This document shows, one piece after another, positions 1 to 10,099 of a stretch of DNA of 64,000 bases. Position 1 is the first letter of the stretch. The number at the start of each line of letters is the position of its first letter. Both the position numbers and the translations under genes were made by a program. The DNA is from Candidatus Omnitrophota bacterium (GTDB lineage: Bacteria > Omnitrophota > Gorgyraeia > Zapsychrales > Zapsychraceae), in contig JAJDCB010000030.1 of the NCBI GenBank assembly GCA_029261065.1, positions 196,876 to 260,875 on the forward strand, in the 5' to 3' direction. The notes under the pieces are model-generated. The model was not told the DNA's origin. It saw nothing but the letters and a program-made list of their open reading frames with translations, and did not search any database.

Positions 1-165
1 TTGGAAATTAGGAGATAAGAAAAATTCTCAGATGTATCATCGTGAAGCTGATTCTATTGATGCCACGAAAAAAGGGAGTCAGGGGAAGGGGAGTAAGAAA
101 GAGTAAAAGCACGAAATAAAGTTTTCTGAGAATTATTGTATTAAATATTAAATAAAGGGAAGTTT

Positions 166-606
166 ATGAACAAGGCATTTTGGAAATTAAATGGTAAGCC
201 CATCTTATTATTGGTATGTATAGCAATCTTTTTTATTCTTTTTATGGTATTTTTTGTTAAGTATAATGCGACTATTTCAGATGATTTCAGGCGATTAGTT
301 GAAGAGGGTAATAATATTCAAGGAAACATAATAGAAATTAAGATTTTAGAAAGTGTTGTTGTGCACAATCGAAGCGGTGATAAACCAAAAATTATACCAG
401 AAGGAGTTAGAGTCGTTATAGATTATCAAGGCAATGATTTAGAAATGAATAAATTGTACGAAGAATGGTCAATAGAATATAAAGACGCGTATGTTGTTGG
501 ATCAAGCGTAGACCTTTTATATTTACCCTCTAATGCCAAGGTTAAGATTTCTTCAGTGAATAATAAGGTGATTAAGCCTTACATTCTGCATTCTAAGAAA
601 AATTAG
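166..606 (+). CDS. hypothetical membrane-anchored protein
   Basis: 146-aa ORF with N-terminal hydrophobic helix (LLLVCIAIFFILFMVFFV); no recognisable motif. Confidence 0.45.
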   Translation: MNKAFWKLNGKPILLLVCIAIFFILFMVFFVKYNATISDDFRRLVEEGNNIQGNIIEIKILESVVVHNRSGDKPKIIPEGVRVVIDYQGNDLEMNKLYEEWSIEYKDAYVVGSSVDLLYLPSNAKVKISSVNNKVIKPYILHSKKN

Positions 607-704
607 GCTCAGATGGAGGTAACTCATGAATTTGCCCGAAGTATTCGCAAAGGCGTGTGTTAGCACAAGATAATGTTCAATAATGTTTCTAATAGGTCAG
701 GAGG

Positions 705-1355
705 TTGCCAATGATTCTAAACAAATCTGTTGTTAGTAAAATAATTGGAATTTATTTTATTATCATTAGCTTATGTCCTGCTTTTGGTTCGCAGTGGTAT
801 TTTTATGAAAAAAATTTATCACAGAGGACCTATCAATCTCTCGAGAATAGGATTACGGATGTGAGTGTGGCTTTAGACAGGGATGGTTTGATAAATGAAG
901 CTGACAGGGATACATTTGAATTGTTATTTGATGATTATAAGACATCTTCCCGTAGTTATAAAAAGAAATATATTGATGGATTTCAATGGTTGTCGTTTTT
1001 TATAAGTATAATGGGTTTGATCACAGGTATTTTGTATTTTTTAGTAGGGGTGTTGATCATAAGAAGATCTAAACGTGGCGTTGGGCTCATCTCTTATGCG
1101 ATACTTACGAGTTTACTCTATTTTGTTCTGCTGATGGGTTATACTTTTGGTCAAGTAACCAACATTTGTGTGTCTATTACGAAGGTGACGACATTAGGTT
1201 CCTATATTAATCCCGAAATCGTCTCCATCCAACTGTCTTTTTATCAGTTTCTTGGCAAACCAGGGGCTGTATGTTCATTGATGTTTATTGTTATTCTTTA
1301 CTTCATTTTACCTGTGTTGTTTGCAAGAAAATTGCATAAGGATAGTGCTTCTTAA
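705..1355 (+). CDS. hypothetical polytopic membrane protein
   Basis: 216-aa ORF with several hydrophobic segments; GGAGG RBS 8 nt upstream. Confidence 0.5.
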   Translation: MPMILNKSVVSKIIGIYFIIISLCPAFGSQWYFYEKNLSQRTYQSLENRITDVSVALDRDGLINEADRDTFELLFDDYKTSSRSYKKKYIDGFQWLSFFISIMGLITGILYFLVGVLIIRRSKRGVGLISYAILTSLLYFVLLMGYTFGQVTNICVSITKVTTLGSYINPEIVSIQLSFYQFLGKPGAVCSLMFIVILYFILPVLFARKLHKDSAS

Positions 1356-1442
1356 CTCTGAAAGTCATAAACGGTGACATTTTTACTTTCACCTTGCCTG
1401 TCGGAATTCTCGCAGGTATAATAGCCCAAAAAGGGGTGAGAT

Positions 1443-1751
1443 ATGAAAAAAGGGATTGTGTTATGTGTTGTTTTGATGTTTTTGGCCACACCTAGTTTTG
1501 CTTTCTTGTATGATATGAAGTTTTTGACACCATCGGAGATTGGGGCGTTAAAGAGTGCAGATTTGCTTGATCTTTATACAGAAGCAAAAATTGAAGAGAA
1601 GGCTAGCTCTGAATTTCATGAAGCAGCGGGTTTTAATTCGGCTAAAGATTATGAGAAGCGTAAAGATTTATTGCGGTATATTGTTTATCTGCGTAAAGAA
1701 ATGCAAAAGCGTGAGATTGAGCCGGATCCGGTGGATGAGTGGTTGAGGTAG
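1443..1751 (+). CDS. hypothetical secreted protein
   Basis: signal-peptide-like N-terminus (VLCVVLMFLATPSFA), GGGGTGAG RBS. Confidence 0.5.
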   Translation: MKKGIVLCVVLMFLATPSFAFLYDMKFLTPSEIGALKSADLLDLYTEAKIEEKASSEFHEAAGFNSAKDYEKRKDLLRYIVYLRKEMQKREIEPDPVDEWLR

Positions 1752-1794
1752 AAATGTTTTTGGGCTCGTAGCAGTCATTTTGTATAGACCAACA

Positions 1795-1896
1795 ACACTG
1801 TCATTTCCGCCCCTTATGTCATTCCCGCGAAAGCGGGAATCTACTGGAGTAAACACCAATCTTTAGATCCCGGATCAAGTCCGGGATGACAAGTTC
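1795..1896. repeat. REP-like element family A (GTCATTCCCGCGAAAGCGGGAATC hairpin with GAAA tetraloop, plus CCCGGATCAAGTCCGGG hairpin)
   Basis: same unit recurs at 9 other intergenic loci in this window. Confidence 0.85.
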
Positions 1897-1937
1897 CATA
1901 GTTTTTAATATTAACAATAAGTAAACAAGGTGACAAC

Positions 1938-2498
1938 ATGTCTAGCGATACAATAAGTACCGATCGAAGTCGTTTATTAGAAATTTTAATTAAAGAAGCT
2001 TATTTTAAAGAAAAAATTATTCTCTCTTCAGGTAAAGAGAGTGATTATTATATTGATGCGCGGCGGGTGACGTTAAGTGCGGAAGGTGTTTATTTGATTG
2101 CAAAATTGATTCTTGATCATGTGAAAGATGATAACGTTGATGCTATTGGCGGACCAACACTTGGTGCTGATCCAATGGTAGGTGCTGTTGGTTCGTTAAG
2201 TTTTCAGAATCAAAGACCGGTACAAACTTTTATTATTCGCAAAGCTCCAAAAGCGCATGGGAAACAACAACAAATAGAAGGCCCTTCTATCAGTTCCGAT
2301 CAACGCATTGTCATCATCGATGATGTGGCCACTACAGGTAAAGCATTCTTAGAATCCTTAGATGTTCTCGATAAAATGGGGATTAAGCCGCTTAAGGCGA
2401 TATGCATTGTTGATCGCAATGAAGGCGCCAAAGAGGCTTTAGCCGCTCGCGGGTGTGAGCTGGTTTCCCTTTTCGACATTTCCGAAATCCACAAATGA
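1938..2498 (+). CDS. pyrE: orotate phosphoribosyltransferase
   Basis: type I PRTase PRPP-binding motif VIIDDVATTGKA; length 186 aa; overall OPRTase-like layout. Confidence 0.8.
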   Translation: MSSDTISTDRSRLLEILIKEAYFKEKIILSSGKESDYYIDARRVTLSAEGVYLIAKLILDHVKDDNVDAIGGPTLGADPMVGAVGSLSFQNQRPVQTFIIRKAPKAHGKQQQIEGPSISSDQRIVIIDDVATTGKAFLESLDVLDKMGIKPLKAICIVDRNEGAKEALAARGCELVSLFDISEIHK

Positions 2499-3823
2499 AA
2501 AAATTGATCCTTGCCTCAGGTTCTGCGCAACGAAAAACCCTTCTTAAGAATTTAGGGGTGAAGTTTATTGTTCGTCCAAGTTCTGTTGATGAAATACAGT
2601 CGGTTCAAACCACAGTTTCTGCATTAGTCAAAGATAATGCACGTCTTAAGGCTGAAGATATTGCCGCGCGTTATAAAGAAGGTGTTGTCATTGGAGCGGA
2701 CACGGTTGTTTACGCTGGTAATAAAAAAATTATCGGTAAACCGAAATCCTACAAAGAAGCTCGTCAAATCCTCAAACTTTTGTTTTCCAAACCACAATGG
2801 GTTTACACCGGTGTCGTTGTTATTGATATTGCAACGAATAAACGTATCATTGATTATGAAAAGACGCGTGTGCATATGTTGCCTTTAACGGATGAAGAGA
2901 TTAAAACATATCACAGTAAAGTAAATCCTTTTGATAAAGCGGGTGGATTTGATATTGAAGGGTGGGGGAGTATTTTCATTCATCGGATAGAAGGGTGTTA
3001 TTCAAATGTGATTGGTTTACCGATGTCCAAACTGGCGACGATGTTAAAAAAGGTAGGCGTCTCAATATTAAGTGTGTTGATGCTTTGTATTTTAAGCGGT
3101 TGTGCGACAGAATATAATTTAGCTACGGGTAAAGAAGAGACCTTGATGTATGGAACGGATAAGGAGGTGAATATTGGTCGTAAGGTATCGCAGTCCGTTG
3201 AGCGAAGGTATAAAATTAATACAGATGTGGATATTAATGAACGGATAGAAAAAATTTTTGAGCGTATTGTAGCTGTCTCTGATCGTCGTGATATTGTCTA
3301 TTTTATTAAAATTATTGATGAGGAAGATGTTGTGAATGCTGTTAGTTTGCCTGGTGGGTATGTTTATCTTTTTAAAGGGTTGTTGGATAAGCTAGAAAAC
3401 GATGATCAAATTGCCGGTGTCATCGCGCATGAGGTGGGACACATTACGGCAAAACACGGTATTAAAAGATTACAAGCTTCTTATGGGGCGATGTTATTAC
3501 AGATCGCCTCCACACAAGCCAATGGTAATGTGGCAGGGGGCTTAAGTTTTGCGTTACAGTCCTTATTTTTGGAGTATTCACAGAAAGCAGAGTTTGAGTC
3601 TGATCGATTAGCGGTTAAGTATACAAAAAAGGCCGGCTATGATCCCAATGAAATGCTTTATGTTTTAAAAGTTTTAAAAGAAGAGAATGACAAATCTCCT
3701 TTGCGTCAATATTCTTACTGGCGCACACACCCTTTTGTCTCTCAGCGTATTGCTGTTGTTAATGAAGCGATTACGGGGAAGTTAGAGTATCGGGATTATT
3801 TGAAGTTGATTGATAGTTATTGA
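2495..3823 (+). CDS. maf: Maf-like nucleoside triphosphate pyrophosphatase (aa 1-~185) continuous in-frame with a lipoprotein M48-family Zn metallopeptidase (HEVGH)
   Basis: N-terminus MKKLILASGSAQRK... is typical Maf; after aa 183 a lipobox signal peptide (MLKKVGVSILSVLMLCILSGC) and HEVGHITAKH motif; no stop between the two. Confidence 0.6.
   Translation: MKKLILASGSAQRKTLLKNLGVKFIVRPSSVDEIQSVQTTVSALVKDNARLKAEDIAARYKEGVVIGADTVVYAGNKKIIGKPKSYKEARQILKLLFSKPQWVYTGVVVIDIATNKRIIDYEKTRVHMLPLTDEEIKTYHSKVNPFDKAGGFDIEGWGSIFIHRIEGCYSNVIGLPMSKLATMLKKVGVSILSVLMLCILSGCATEYNLATGKEETLMYGTDKEVNIGRKVSQSVERRYKINTDVDINERIEKIFERIVAVSDRRDIVYFIKIIDEEDVVNAVSLPGGYVYLFKGLLDKLENDDQIAGVIAHEVGHITAKHGIKRLQASYGAMLLQIASTQANGNVAGGLSFALQSLFLEYSQKAEFESDRLAVKYTKKAGYDPNEMLYVLKVLKEENDKSPLRQYSYWRTHPFVSQRIAVVNEAITGKLEYRDYLKLIDSY
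3041..3823 (+). CDS. alternative model: separate lipoprotein M48 peptidase initiating at internal ATG
   Basis: ATG at 3041 starts a canonical lipoprotein signal peptide (LSGC lipobox) followed by HExxH peptidase. Confidence 0.35.
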   Translation: MLKKVGVSILSVLMLCILSGCATEYNLATGKEETLMYGTDKEVNIGRKVSQSVERRYKINTDVDINERIEKIFERIVAVSDRRDIVYFIKIIDEEDVVNAVSLPGGYVYLFKGLLDKLENDDQIAGVIAHEVGHITAKHGIKRLQASYGAMLLQIASTQANGNVAGGLSFALQSLFLEYSQKAEFESDRLAVKYTKKAGYDPNEMLYVLKVLKEENDKSPLRQYSYWRTHPFVSQRIAVVNEAITGKLEYRDYLKLIDSY

Positions 3824-3844
3824 GGGGTGATTTCGGGCATGGGA

Positions 3845-3995
3845 TCCTCGCTGGAGTTTACCCCATGGATTCCCGCTTTTGCGGGAATGTCAGATGGGGA
3901 GGGGATGACAAATCCTTGTCATTCCCGTGAGTTTGTCATTCTCGAGAGCTTGTCATTCTCGCGAGTTTGTCATTCCCGCGAAAGCGGGAATCTAT
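3845..3995. repeat. REP-like element family A cluster (several GTCATTC units)
   Basis: GTCATTCCCGCGAAAGCGGGAATC plus degenerate GTCATTCTCG copies; inverted partner GGATTCCCGCTTTTGCGGGAATG. Confidence 0.85.
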
Positions 3996-4008
3996 TTTCG
4001 GTTGCCCT

Positions 4009-4461
4009 ATGATGCTAAAATTAAAATACTACCTCACAGCAGCAATACTCCTTACCCTCAGCGCTTGCTCAAATCAATTAAGCAATAAAGTCTGCTTTGA
4101 AAAACAATGCATAGACGTTGAGGTTGTTACGAAACAAGAAGATGTCATGCGAGGTTTACAGGAACGGGAATCATTGCGAAAAAATTCTGGTATGTTGTTC
4201 GTGTTTCCTAAAAGGGGCAAACATTCCTTTTGGATGAAGGATACCTGGATTCCCTTAGATATGATTTGGTTGGATGCCTCTCAAAGAATTATATATATTC
4301 AAAACAATGTGCCACCTTGCAAAAATGATCCATGCCCATCTTATGGTCCTGATGGTGATTCTTTTTATGTGCTGGAAGTTAATACCGGCTACGTAAAGGA
4401 GTTAGGGTTAAAGGTAGGAGATCGAGCGGAATTTCATATTGTCGATGAGGCACAGTCTTAA
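4009..4461 (+). CDS. DUF192 family lipoprotein
   Basis: lipobox LSAC; conserved DUF192-like IPLDMIWLD...YVLEVNTGY; the ORF-track start at 3967 lies inside the repeat, so ATG 4009 is used. Confidence 0.65.
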   Translation: MMLKLKYYLTAAILLTLSACSNQLSNKVCFEKQCIDVEVVTKQEDVMRGLQERESLRKNSGMLFVFPKRGKHSFWMKDTWIPLDMIWLDASQRIIYIQNNVPPCKNDPCPSYGPDGDSFYVLEVNTGYVKELGLKVGDRAEFHIVDEAQS

Positions 4462-4475
4462 AATAAAGCTACCTT

Positions 4476-6185
4476 ATGAATAAATTTAAAGTATGCGCAA
4501 TTGGCGTCTTGCTCGTAATATTTTCTCTATCTTGTGTTTTTTTCCTTGATCGGATGTTCGCCGCCTCCCAAAGCCCTCTCTGGCTTGATGAACATTATGG
4601 GTTAAAACGTTCGACCCGTTATCCTAGTTATGGAGAACTCATTGTTCGTGGTGCCCAGTCCCAAGGAAGTGCCGCCCCGCTAGATTTTCTTATTATTAAA
4701 AGTATTGATAAGATGAAAACATCTCTTAATTGGTTGGGATTAAGACCGCATGTTTATTATCGTTTATTCGCTAACCTTGTAACCGTTTTTAGTGGGCTGC
4801 TTATTTTTATTTTGTTTCTAAAAGAGGTTTATCGGGAAAAAGAACACCTCTGGCTAAGGTATGTTCAGCTGCTCCTACTGATACTTGGCATCATGTCTTA
4901 TTATTATGCCCCCGTTATTCATCATTATGCGGCTGAGATGCGACCATATGCTTTGTGGAGTTCTCTTTGGTTTATTGTTCTTGGTTTAACATTATTGAGA
5001 GTGGCATGGATGCCGTATATCTTCGTTACTCTCATTTTATTATCCTTTAGCGCCACAGCTTCTATTTTTCAGATGGGGGCCTTGGGTATTTGTTATTTTT
5101 TTCTTAGCGCATCTTCAAATCGAAAACAAAGTCTTGTTGAGATAGTCAAAGTTTTTGGTTTACCAATTTTCATTGCACTGTATTACTGCTTACAAGTTCA
5201 ACAGTTTGATCACCCAGCTGAAAGCAATACCTGGAATAATTTTTTCACCTTTTGGAGTCATAAAGCTTATTTGCTTCCTTTATTGATTATGGTTACAGGG
5301 TTTTGTTTATTTCAGAAAAAGAGTAAGTCGTTGGCGATTGCACCTGCAAGTGTTGTATTGTTAACTCTTATGGGCCCCTTAATTTTCTTCATTACAAGAT
5401 TAAAGGGCGTCTTTTTAGCGGAAAGGCATTACATTTATTATGATCATATTCTGCCAATAACGATATTGACACTTGTTGTTGTATTTCCAATAATTATTGA
5501 GCGTATTAATAGTAAAGTTTGGCAAAAGGGAGTCGTTATTGGGTTAGTTCTTATTGCAATAATAGTCACTTTTCGTCCTGCGGTGAATAAGCGCTTTAAG
5601 GCTAGTGTTATTAATGGTTTGTATTTGTTGAAAGATGCTTCTTTGATTAAACAGACATCTCTTGATAAAAAGTTTACGGTTCCTTATTGGGATTCCGATA
5701 AACTAATTTGGGAGGCGAAAGATTTTTCAAGGGCGTCTCAGCATATAATAGGTCAGGCCGTTTGGTTTTTTGATGAGAAGAATCCAAGAATTGCATTGGT
5801 TCATGAAGTGGGTGATGATAAGATAAATCAACAGTCTTTAATTGAGATCGTTAAGCAGCACTATTCTACGGGAGAATTAAAGGTAACTGTTCCCTATCTG
5901 GATGGCGAAATCCATGGGGATCTAGAAATGTTTTATAAAGATGGTTCGTATAAAGCTTTGGCTCAGTATGTTAAAGGCCAACAGCATGGTTTGACGCGTA
6001 AATATTATAAAAATGGTAAGCTTCAAGCTGAAGGGGCGTTTGTTGCAGGTAAAACACAAGGAAAGTCTCTTTTTTATTATGAAAATGGGAGTGTCCAACG
6101 TGAAGATCATTTTGAAAAAGGGCAGTTGCTACAACGAAAACAATTTAATCAAGATGGTCAATTAATCTCAGAAAAAAAGTTCTAA
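4476..6185 (+). CDS. polytopic membrane protein with C-terminal MORN/YwqK-type repeats
   Basis: ~10 predicted TM segments, then YxxGxxxxxxxYxxGxxxG repeats in the last ~90 aa. Confidence 0.6.
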   Translation: MNKFKVCAIGVLLVIFSLSCVFFLDRMFAASQSPLWLDEHYGLKRSTRYPSYGELIVRGAQSQGSAAPLDFLIIKSIDKMKTSLNWLGLRPHVYYRLFANLVTVFSGLLIFILFLKEVYREKEHLWLRYVQLLLLILGIMSYYYAPVIHHYAAEMRPYALWSSLWFIVLGLTLLRVAWMPYIFVTLILLSFSATASIFQMGALGICYFFLSASSNRKQSLVEIVKVFGLPIFIALYYCLQVQQFDHPAESNTWNNFFTFWSHKAYLLPLLIMVTGFCLFQKKSKSLAIAPASVVLLTLMGPLIFFITRLKGVFLAERHYIYYDHILPITILTLVVVFPIIIERINSKVWQKGVVIGLVLIAIIVTFRPAVNKRFKASVINGLYLLKDASLIKQTSLDKKFTVPYWDSDKLIWEAKDFSRASQHIIGQAVWFFDEKNPRIALVHEVGDDKINQQSLIEIVKQHYSTGELKVTVPYLDGEIHGDLEMFYKDGSYKALAQYVKGQQHGLTRKYYKNGKLQAEGAFVAGKTQGKSLFYYENGSVQREDHFEKGQLLQRKQFNQDGQLISEKKF

Positions 6186-6188
6186 GGT

Positions 6189-7649
6189 ATGTATTATTTT
6201 AATCCATATGCTATTGGGCCGTTATTAACGGGAGTGATGTGTTTTGCTTTAGGGCAATATGTGCATCAGATGGATCGTGAAGATCGGACACGTCAGGCTT
6301 TTTTTGGTTTGAATGTGTTAGCGAGTCTTTGGTGTTTGAGTCAAGCGATGGTGTTAAGTGCTACAGATTTAACGTTAGCCAGCTTTTGGTCTCATGTTAT
6401 GTTCTCAGCCATCATCCTTATGCCTGTCAGCATGTTTCATTTGGCCAGTCATTGGTGTAAGAGATATCAACGACAAAAGCTTATTCGATGGGTGATAAAT
6501 TTTCAAGCCTTATGCCTTGTGATCTTAAGTTGGGGACCCGATTTTTTATCGGGATACACGCCATACTTTTTCGGTCTTTTTCCGCGAGCAGGTGCTTTGA
6601 TGTATTTAGTTGTTTTCTTTATGTTGTCTAATTTCACAATCAGTTTTTTAAACATTAATAAGTATCATTTTTCTCAAAAAAAATTAAAAAAAAGACAAGA
6701 AGCTCGTTTTGTGATGTTATCGTTCTTGATTCTTCTTTTAAGTTATTCGGATGTTTTTGTTAGTTATCAACAAAGTTTGTATCCTTTAGGTTATATTGTT
6801 CTCTTTGGATTTTCTTTAAGTATGTCATTGTTTCTTTTAAGAAAAAGTGTGGCTTTATTGCATGAGCGTGTAAGGAGTGTTGAGGAGCAAATGCAATTTA
6901 AATCTAATGAGGCATCTATAGTTTCTGAAGAACTGAAAGGCGTGCAGTTTCAGCTCTTGGAAGCTGGAAAAAAATCAGCATTAGTAAGTTTGAGTGCAGG
7001 AATCCTTCATCAAATTAGCCAACCTATTACAGCAATTTATGGGTTTATCAAATTTTTAAAAAAAGAGGTAAAAGAAGATCACGAGTTTTATAAGCCGATC
7101 CATCTGGTAGATGAGCAAACGATGTATTTAAAGCAGATGCTTGGAAATTTGATGGAGCTTGTGCAGCATAAAGATATAAAGAAGGAAGCTATTAATGTTA
7201 ATGAACCTGTAGAAAATGCTGTTAATTTATTAACGGATGAATTACGCATTGGACGGGTTAAGTGGGAGTTAGACCTAGCTGAGGATTTGCCTCAGATTTG
7301 TGCGGATAACATTAATCTTCAACAAATTTTCATGAACTTTATTATTAATGCCATTCAAGCCCTTGGAACGTTGCCCAAGGGGGAGGAGCGTCAGTTATTG
7401 GTGTCGAGTAAGGTTGATGAGGATAACAAATTTGTTGCAGTGTCTTTTCAAGATTCTGGTCCGGGGGTCAGTAAAGGAGAGGTGGAGCGGATATTTGAGC
7501 CGTTTTATTCTACGAAAGAAAAGGCTGTTGGGATTGGCTTAGCCCTTTGTCAGGATTTGGTTGAGGAGCATGGGGGGCAGATTTTGGTGGATTCAAGTGT
7601 TAAGCAGGGTGTTAGTTTTGTGGTGAAGTTGCCGGTGATTGGATCGTAA
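6189..7649 (+). CDS. sensor histidine kinase (membrane N-terminal domain, HisKA, HATPase_c)
   Basis: H-box LHQISQPITAIYGF; G-box region GIGLALCQDLVEEHGGQI; multi-TM N-terminus. Confidence 0.8.
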   Translation: MYYFNPYAIGPLLTGVMCFALGQYVHQMDREDRTRQAFFGLNVLASLWCLSQAMVLSATDLTLASFWSHVMFSAIILMPVSMFHLASHWCKRYQRQKLIRWVINFQALCLVILSWGPDFLSGYTPYFFGLFPRAGALMYLVVFFMLSNFTISFLNINKYHFSQKKLKKRQEARFVMLSFLILLLSYSDVFVSYQQSLYPLGYIVLFGFSLSMSLFLLRKSVALLHERVRSVEEQMQFKSNEASIVSEELKGVQFQLLEAGKKSALVSLSAGILHQISQPITAIYGFIKFLKKEVKEDHEFYKPIHLVDEQTMYLKQMLGNLMELVQHKDIKKEAINVNEPVENAVNLLTDELRIGRVKWELDLAEDLPQICADNINLQQIFMNFIINAIQALGTLPKGEERQLLVSSKVDEDNKFVAVSFQDSGPGVSKGEVERIFEPFYSTKEKAVGIGLALCQDLVEEHGGQILVDSSVKQGVSFVVKLPVIGS

Positions 7650-7689
7650 AGTATTGGAGTGTAGTTGTTTATGTGTAAGTTGTAGAAAT

Positions 7690-7772
7690 CATGTCGTCCC
7701 CGCGGAAGCGGAGATCCAATAATAGAAATATTATTACTTATTGGAGGTTCACGCTTCTGCGGGAATGACATG
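7690..7772. repeat. REP-like element family A (variant)
   Basis: GTCGTCCCCGCGGAAGCGGAGATC ... TCTGCGGGAATGACATG inverted pair. Confidence 0.75.
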
Positions 7773-7913
7773 TTTACTATGACACGATTACGATGACTTG
7801 TTTTAAGCGGATTATGTTGTATATTTAAAGTAGCACAAAGGGGGGATAAACCATTTAGGTTTATGCCCCTATTTTTTTGGATCTTAGGCTTGTTGCAATG
7901 TAAAGGACATCTA

Positions 7914-8291
7914 ATGGATAAGATCAATGTGTTAGTGGTGGATGATAAGAAAATTATTCGAGATCTCTTTGACTACATTTTGGGCTATCATGGTCATCAT
8001 ATTACGGCCGTCAGTAACGGTACGGATGCTATTGAGGCTGTGATTCAGAATCAGTTTGATGTTGTTTTTTTGGATATTGTGATGCCTGGAACGGATGGTG
8101 TTACGGTCCTTGAAAGGTTTAAAGAAATAAAACCCCAAATGCCGGTTGTCATGATGAGTGGCTATTCCGTAAAAGCTAAACAAGAGAGAGTTGCTGAGTT
8201 AGGAGCTGTGACGTGTCTTAGAAAGCCGTTTGAGATGGATGAGGTTGCTGAGGTTTTAAAGGTGGCTTTGGGTAAAGAGATTCAGGAATGA
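7914..8291 (+). CDS. single-domain response regulator (CheY-like receiver)
   Basis: MDKINVLVVDD...FDVVFLDIVMPGTDG...MSGY; start moved to ATG 7914. Confidence 0.8.
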   Translation: MDKINVLVVDDKKIIRDLFDYILGYHGHHITAVSNGTDAIEAVIQNQFDVVFLDIVMPGTDGVTVLERFKEIKPQMPVVMMSGYSVKAKQERVAELGAVTCLRKPFEMDEVAEVLKVALGKEIQE

Positions 8292-8303
8292 TAATATTAC
8301 GTA

Positions 8304-10070
8304 TTATTTTCTTTTCGGTCGATATATATGCGTACTCTGACCATAGAAGCTTTCCGCTGCTTCCATAATCGTTTCGCTAAGAGTGGGATGAGGATGTATG
8401 GTGAGTTTCAGATCAGAGGCAAGTGCGCCCATTTCTAAAGCGAGGACACCTTCGGCGATCATCTCACCGGCACCAGCTCCAACAATGGAGACACCTAAAA
8501 TACGTTCGGTATCAGGATCAATAAGAAGTTTTGTAAGGCCATCGGTACGATCCAATGTGATAGCACGACCGGATGCGGCCCAAGGAAACTTTTGTACAAC
8601 GTAATTTCGATTCTGGGCTTTAGCTTCTGTTTCGGTTAACCCGCACCAAGCAATCTCAGGATCTGTAAAGACAACGCATGGAATGGCATTGGGTTCAAAG
8701 GCAACTTTGTGACCGGCGATGGTTTCAGCCGCGACAATACCTTCATGAGATGCTTTGTGGGCTAACATGGGTTGTCCTACAATATCACCAATAGCAAAAA
8801 TGGATGGATCTGCCGTTTGCATCTGTGCGTTAACGTCAATAAATTTTTGTTCATTAAGAGTGATTTTTGTCTTTTCTAATCCGATGTTTTCCGTGTTTGG
8901 ACGACGACCGATGGCCATTAATACTTTTTCATATTCTTTATCAAATGTCTTTCCATCTTTATCTTCAAATGTAACTTTAAGACCCTTTTCAACTTCTTCA
9001 ATTTTAGCCACTTTTGTTTCAACCATAATATCGCGTAGGATTGTTTTTAATCTCTTCTCTAAAATGTTAGCCACATCTCGATCGGCGCCAGCCATAAGGG
9101 TAGGAAGCATTTCAACGACGTCAAGCTCGCTTCCTAATTCAGCATAGACCGTACCTAATTCAAGTCCGATGTATCCACCGCCCACAAGCAACATGGTCTC
9201 TGGAACGCTTTCGATATCAAGGGCTGTTGTTGAATCGAGTATGCGTGGGGAATCTGGTAAGTTAGGAATCATGATAGGTCGTGATCCTGTTGCCAGAATG
9301 GCTTTTTCAAATTTTAACTCTTCATTAGATCCATCGGCTTTGGCAATGTTCAGTGTGTTAGAGTCAACAAAGGTGCAGCGGCCTTGAATGAATTTAACTT
9401 TACGTTGTTTGGCTAGTTGTCCTAAACCACTTGTCAGTCGATCAACCACACTATTTTTCCACGCTCGTAATTTATCTAAGTAGATCTTAGGACGACCAAA
9501 TTCAATACCAAAATTCGCAGCTTCTTTGGCTTCTGATAAAACTTTAGCAGCATGAAGAAGAGCTTTAGAAGGAATACATCCGCGGTACAAACAGACGCCT
9601 CCGGGATTAACATCCAAATCAATTAAGGTCACATCTAATCCAAGATCAGCGGCCATGAAGGCGGCCGTGTAACCACCAGGTCCACCACCGATGACAACAA
9701 CACTTTTGTTTTCTGTTGGAACTGTTTCTTCAACGGCGGCAGGTTTCGGTTGCGATTCTGTTTTGGGAGCTTCGGGTGTTGATTTTTGTTCGGTCACAGG
9801 TTTGCTTTCAGGCGCGGATGATTTTTCAGCTGCAGCGGATTCTTCGATTGTTAAGACAACAGAGCCAACTTTAATTTCATCACCTTCTTTAACTAAGATT
9901 TCTTTAACGACACCTCCTACAGGCGAGGGGACAGGAAGGGATGCTTTATCTGTCTCTAATTCAATAAGGTCTTGATCTTTGGTAATGGTGTCACCGACAG
10001 CGACAAAGATTTTAACAATTGTACCTGATTCTATATTTTCACCGACTTCGGGGAGTTTGAATTCGAACAT
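8304..10070 (-). CDS. lpdA: dihydrolipoyl dehydrogenase E3 with N-terminal lipoyl domain
   Basis: lipoyl motif LELETDKASLPVPSP; FAD-binding GGGPGGYTAAF; redox-active CLYRGCIPSK; Ala/Pro/Glu linker. Confidence 0.9.
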   Translation of the reverse strand: MFEFKLPEVGENIESGTIVKIFVAVGDTITKDQDLIELETDKASLPVPSPVGGVVKEILVKEGDEIKVGSVVLTIEESAAAEKSSAPESKPVTEQKSTPEAPKTESQPKPAAVEETVPTENKSVVVIGGGPGGYTAAFMAADLGLDVTLIDLDVNPGGVCLYRGCIPSKALLHAAKVLSEAKEAANFGIEFGRPKIYLDKLRAWKNSVVDRLTSGLGQLAKQRKVKFIQGRCTFVDSNTLNIAKADGSNEELKFEKAILATGSRPIMIPNLPDSPRILDSTTALDIESVPETMLLVGGGYIGLELGTVYAELGSELDVVEMLPTLMAGADRDVANILEKRLKTILRDIMVETKVAKIEEVEKGLKVTFEDKDGKTFDKEYEKVLMAIGRRPNTENIGLEKTKITLNEQKFIDVNAQMQTADPSIFAIGDIVGQPMLAHKASHEGIVAAETIAGHKVAFEPNAIPCVVFTDPEIAWCGLTETEAKAQNRNYVVQKFPWAASGRAITLDRTDGLTKLLIDPDTERILGVSIVGAGAGEMIAEGVLALEMGALASDLKLTIHPHPTLSETIMEAAESFYGQSTHIYRPKRK

Positions 10071-10099
10071 GATTGCCTTGTTTGTATTGTTGATTATGG

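Noticed and set aside
1-165. Possible 3' end of an upstream gene at the window start
   Set aside because: Too short and without a recognisable motif. Cannot be supported from this window
3845-3995. Possible CRISPR array from repeated GTCATTC units
   Set aside because: Irregular spacing, palindromic units in both orientations, dispersed genome-wide copies. REP/MITE-like rather than CRISPR
3827-4012. 61-aa ORF spanning the REP-like cluster
   Set aside because: Entirely encoded by repeat units (GTCATTC...). Such ORFs recur wherever the repeat occurs, so it is not a gene
7348-7542. 64-aa ORF inside the histidine kinase gene
   Set aside because: Alternative frame within the HATPase_c region of a well-supported CDS
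8398-9975. Several + strand ORFs (68-130 aa) inside lpdA
   Set aside because: Antisense to a well-supported E3 gene. Ser/Ala/Thr-rich, as is typical for GC-skewed antisense frames
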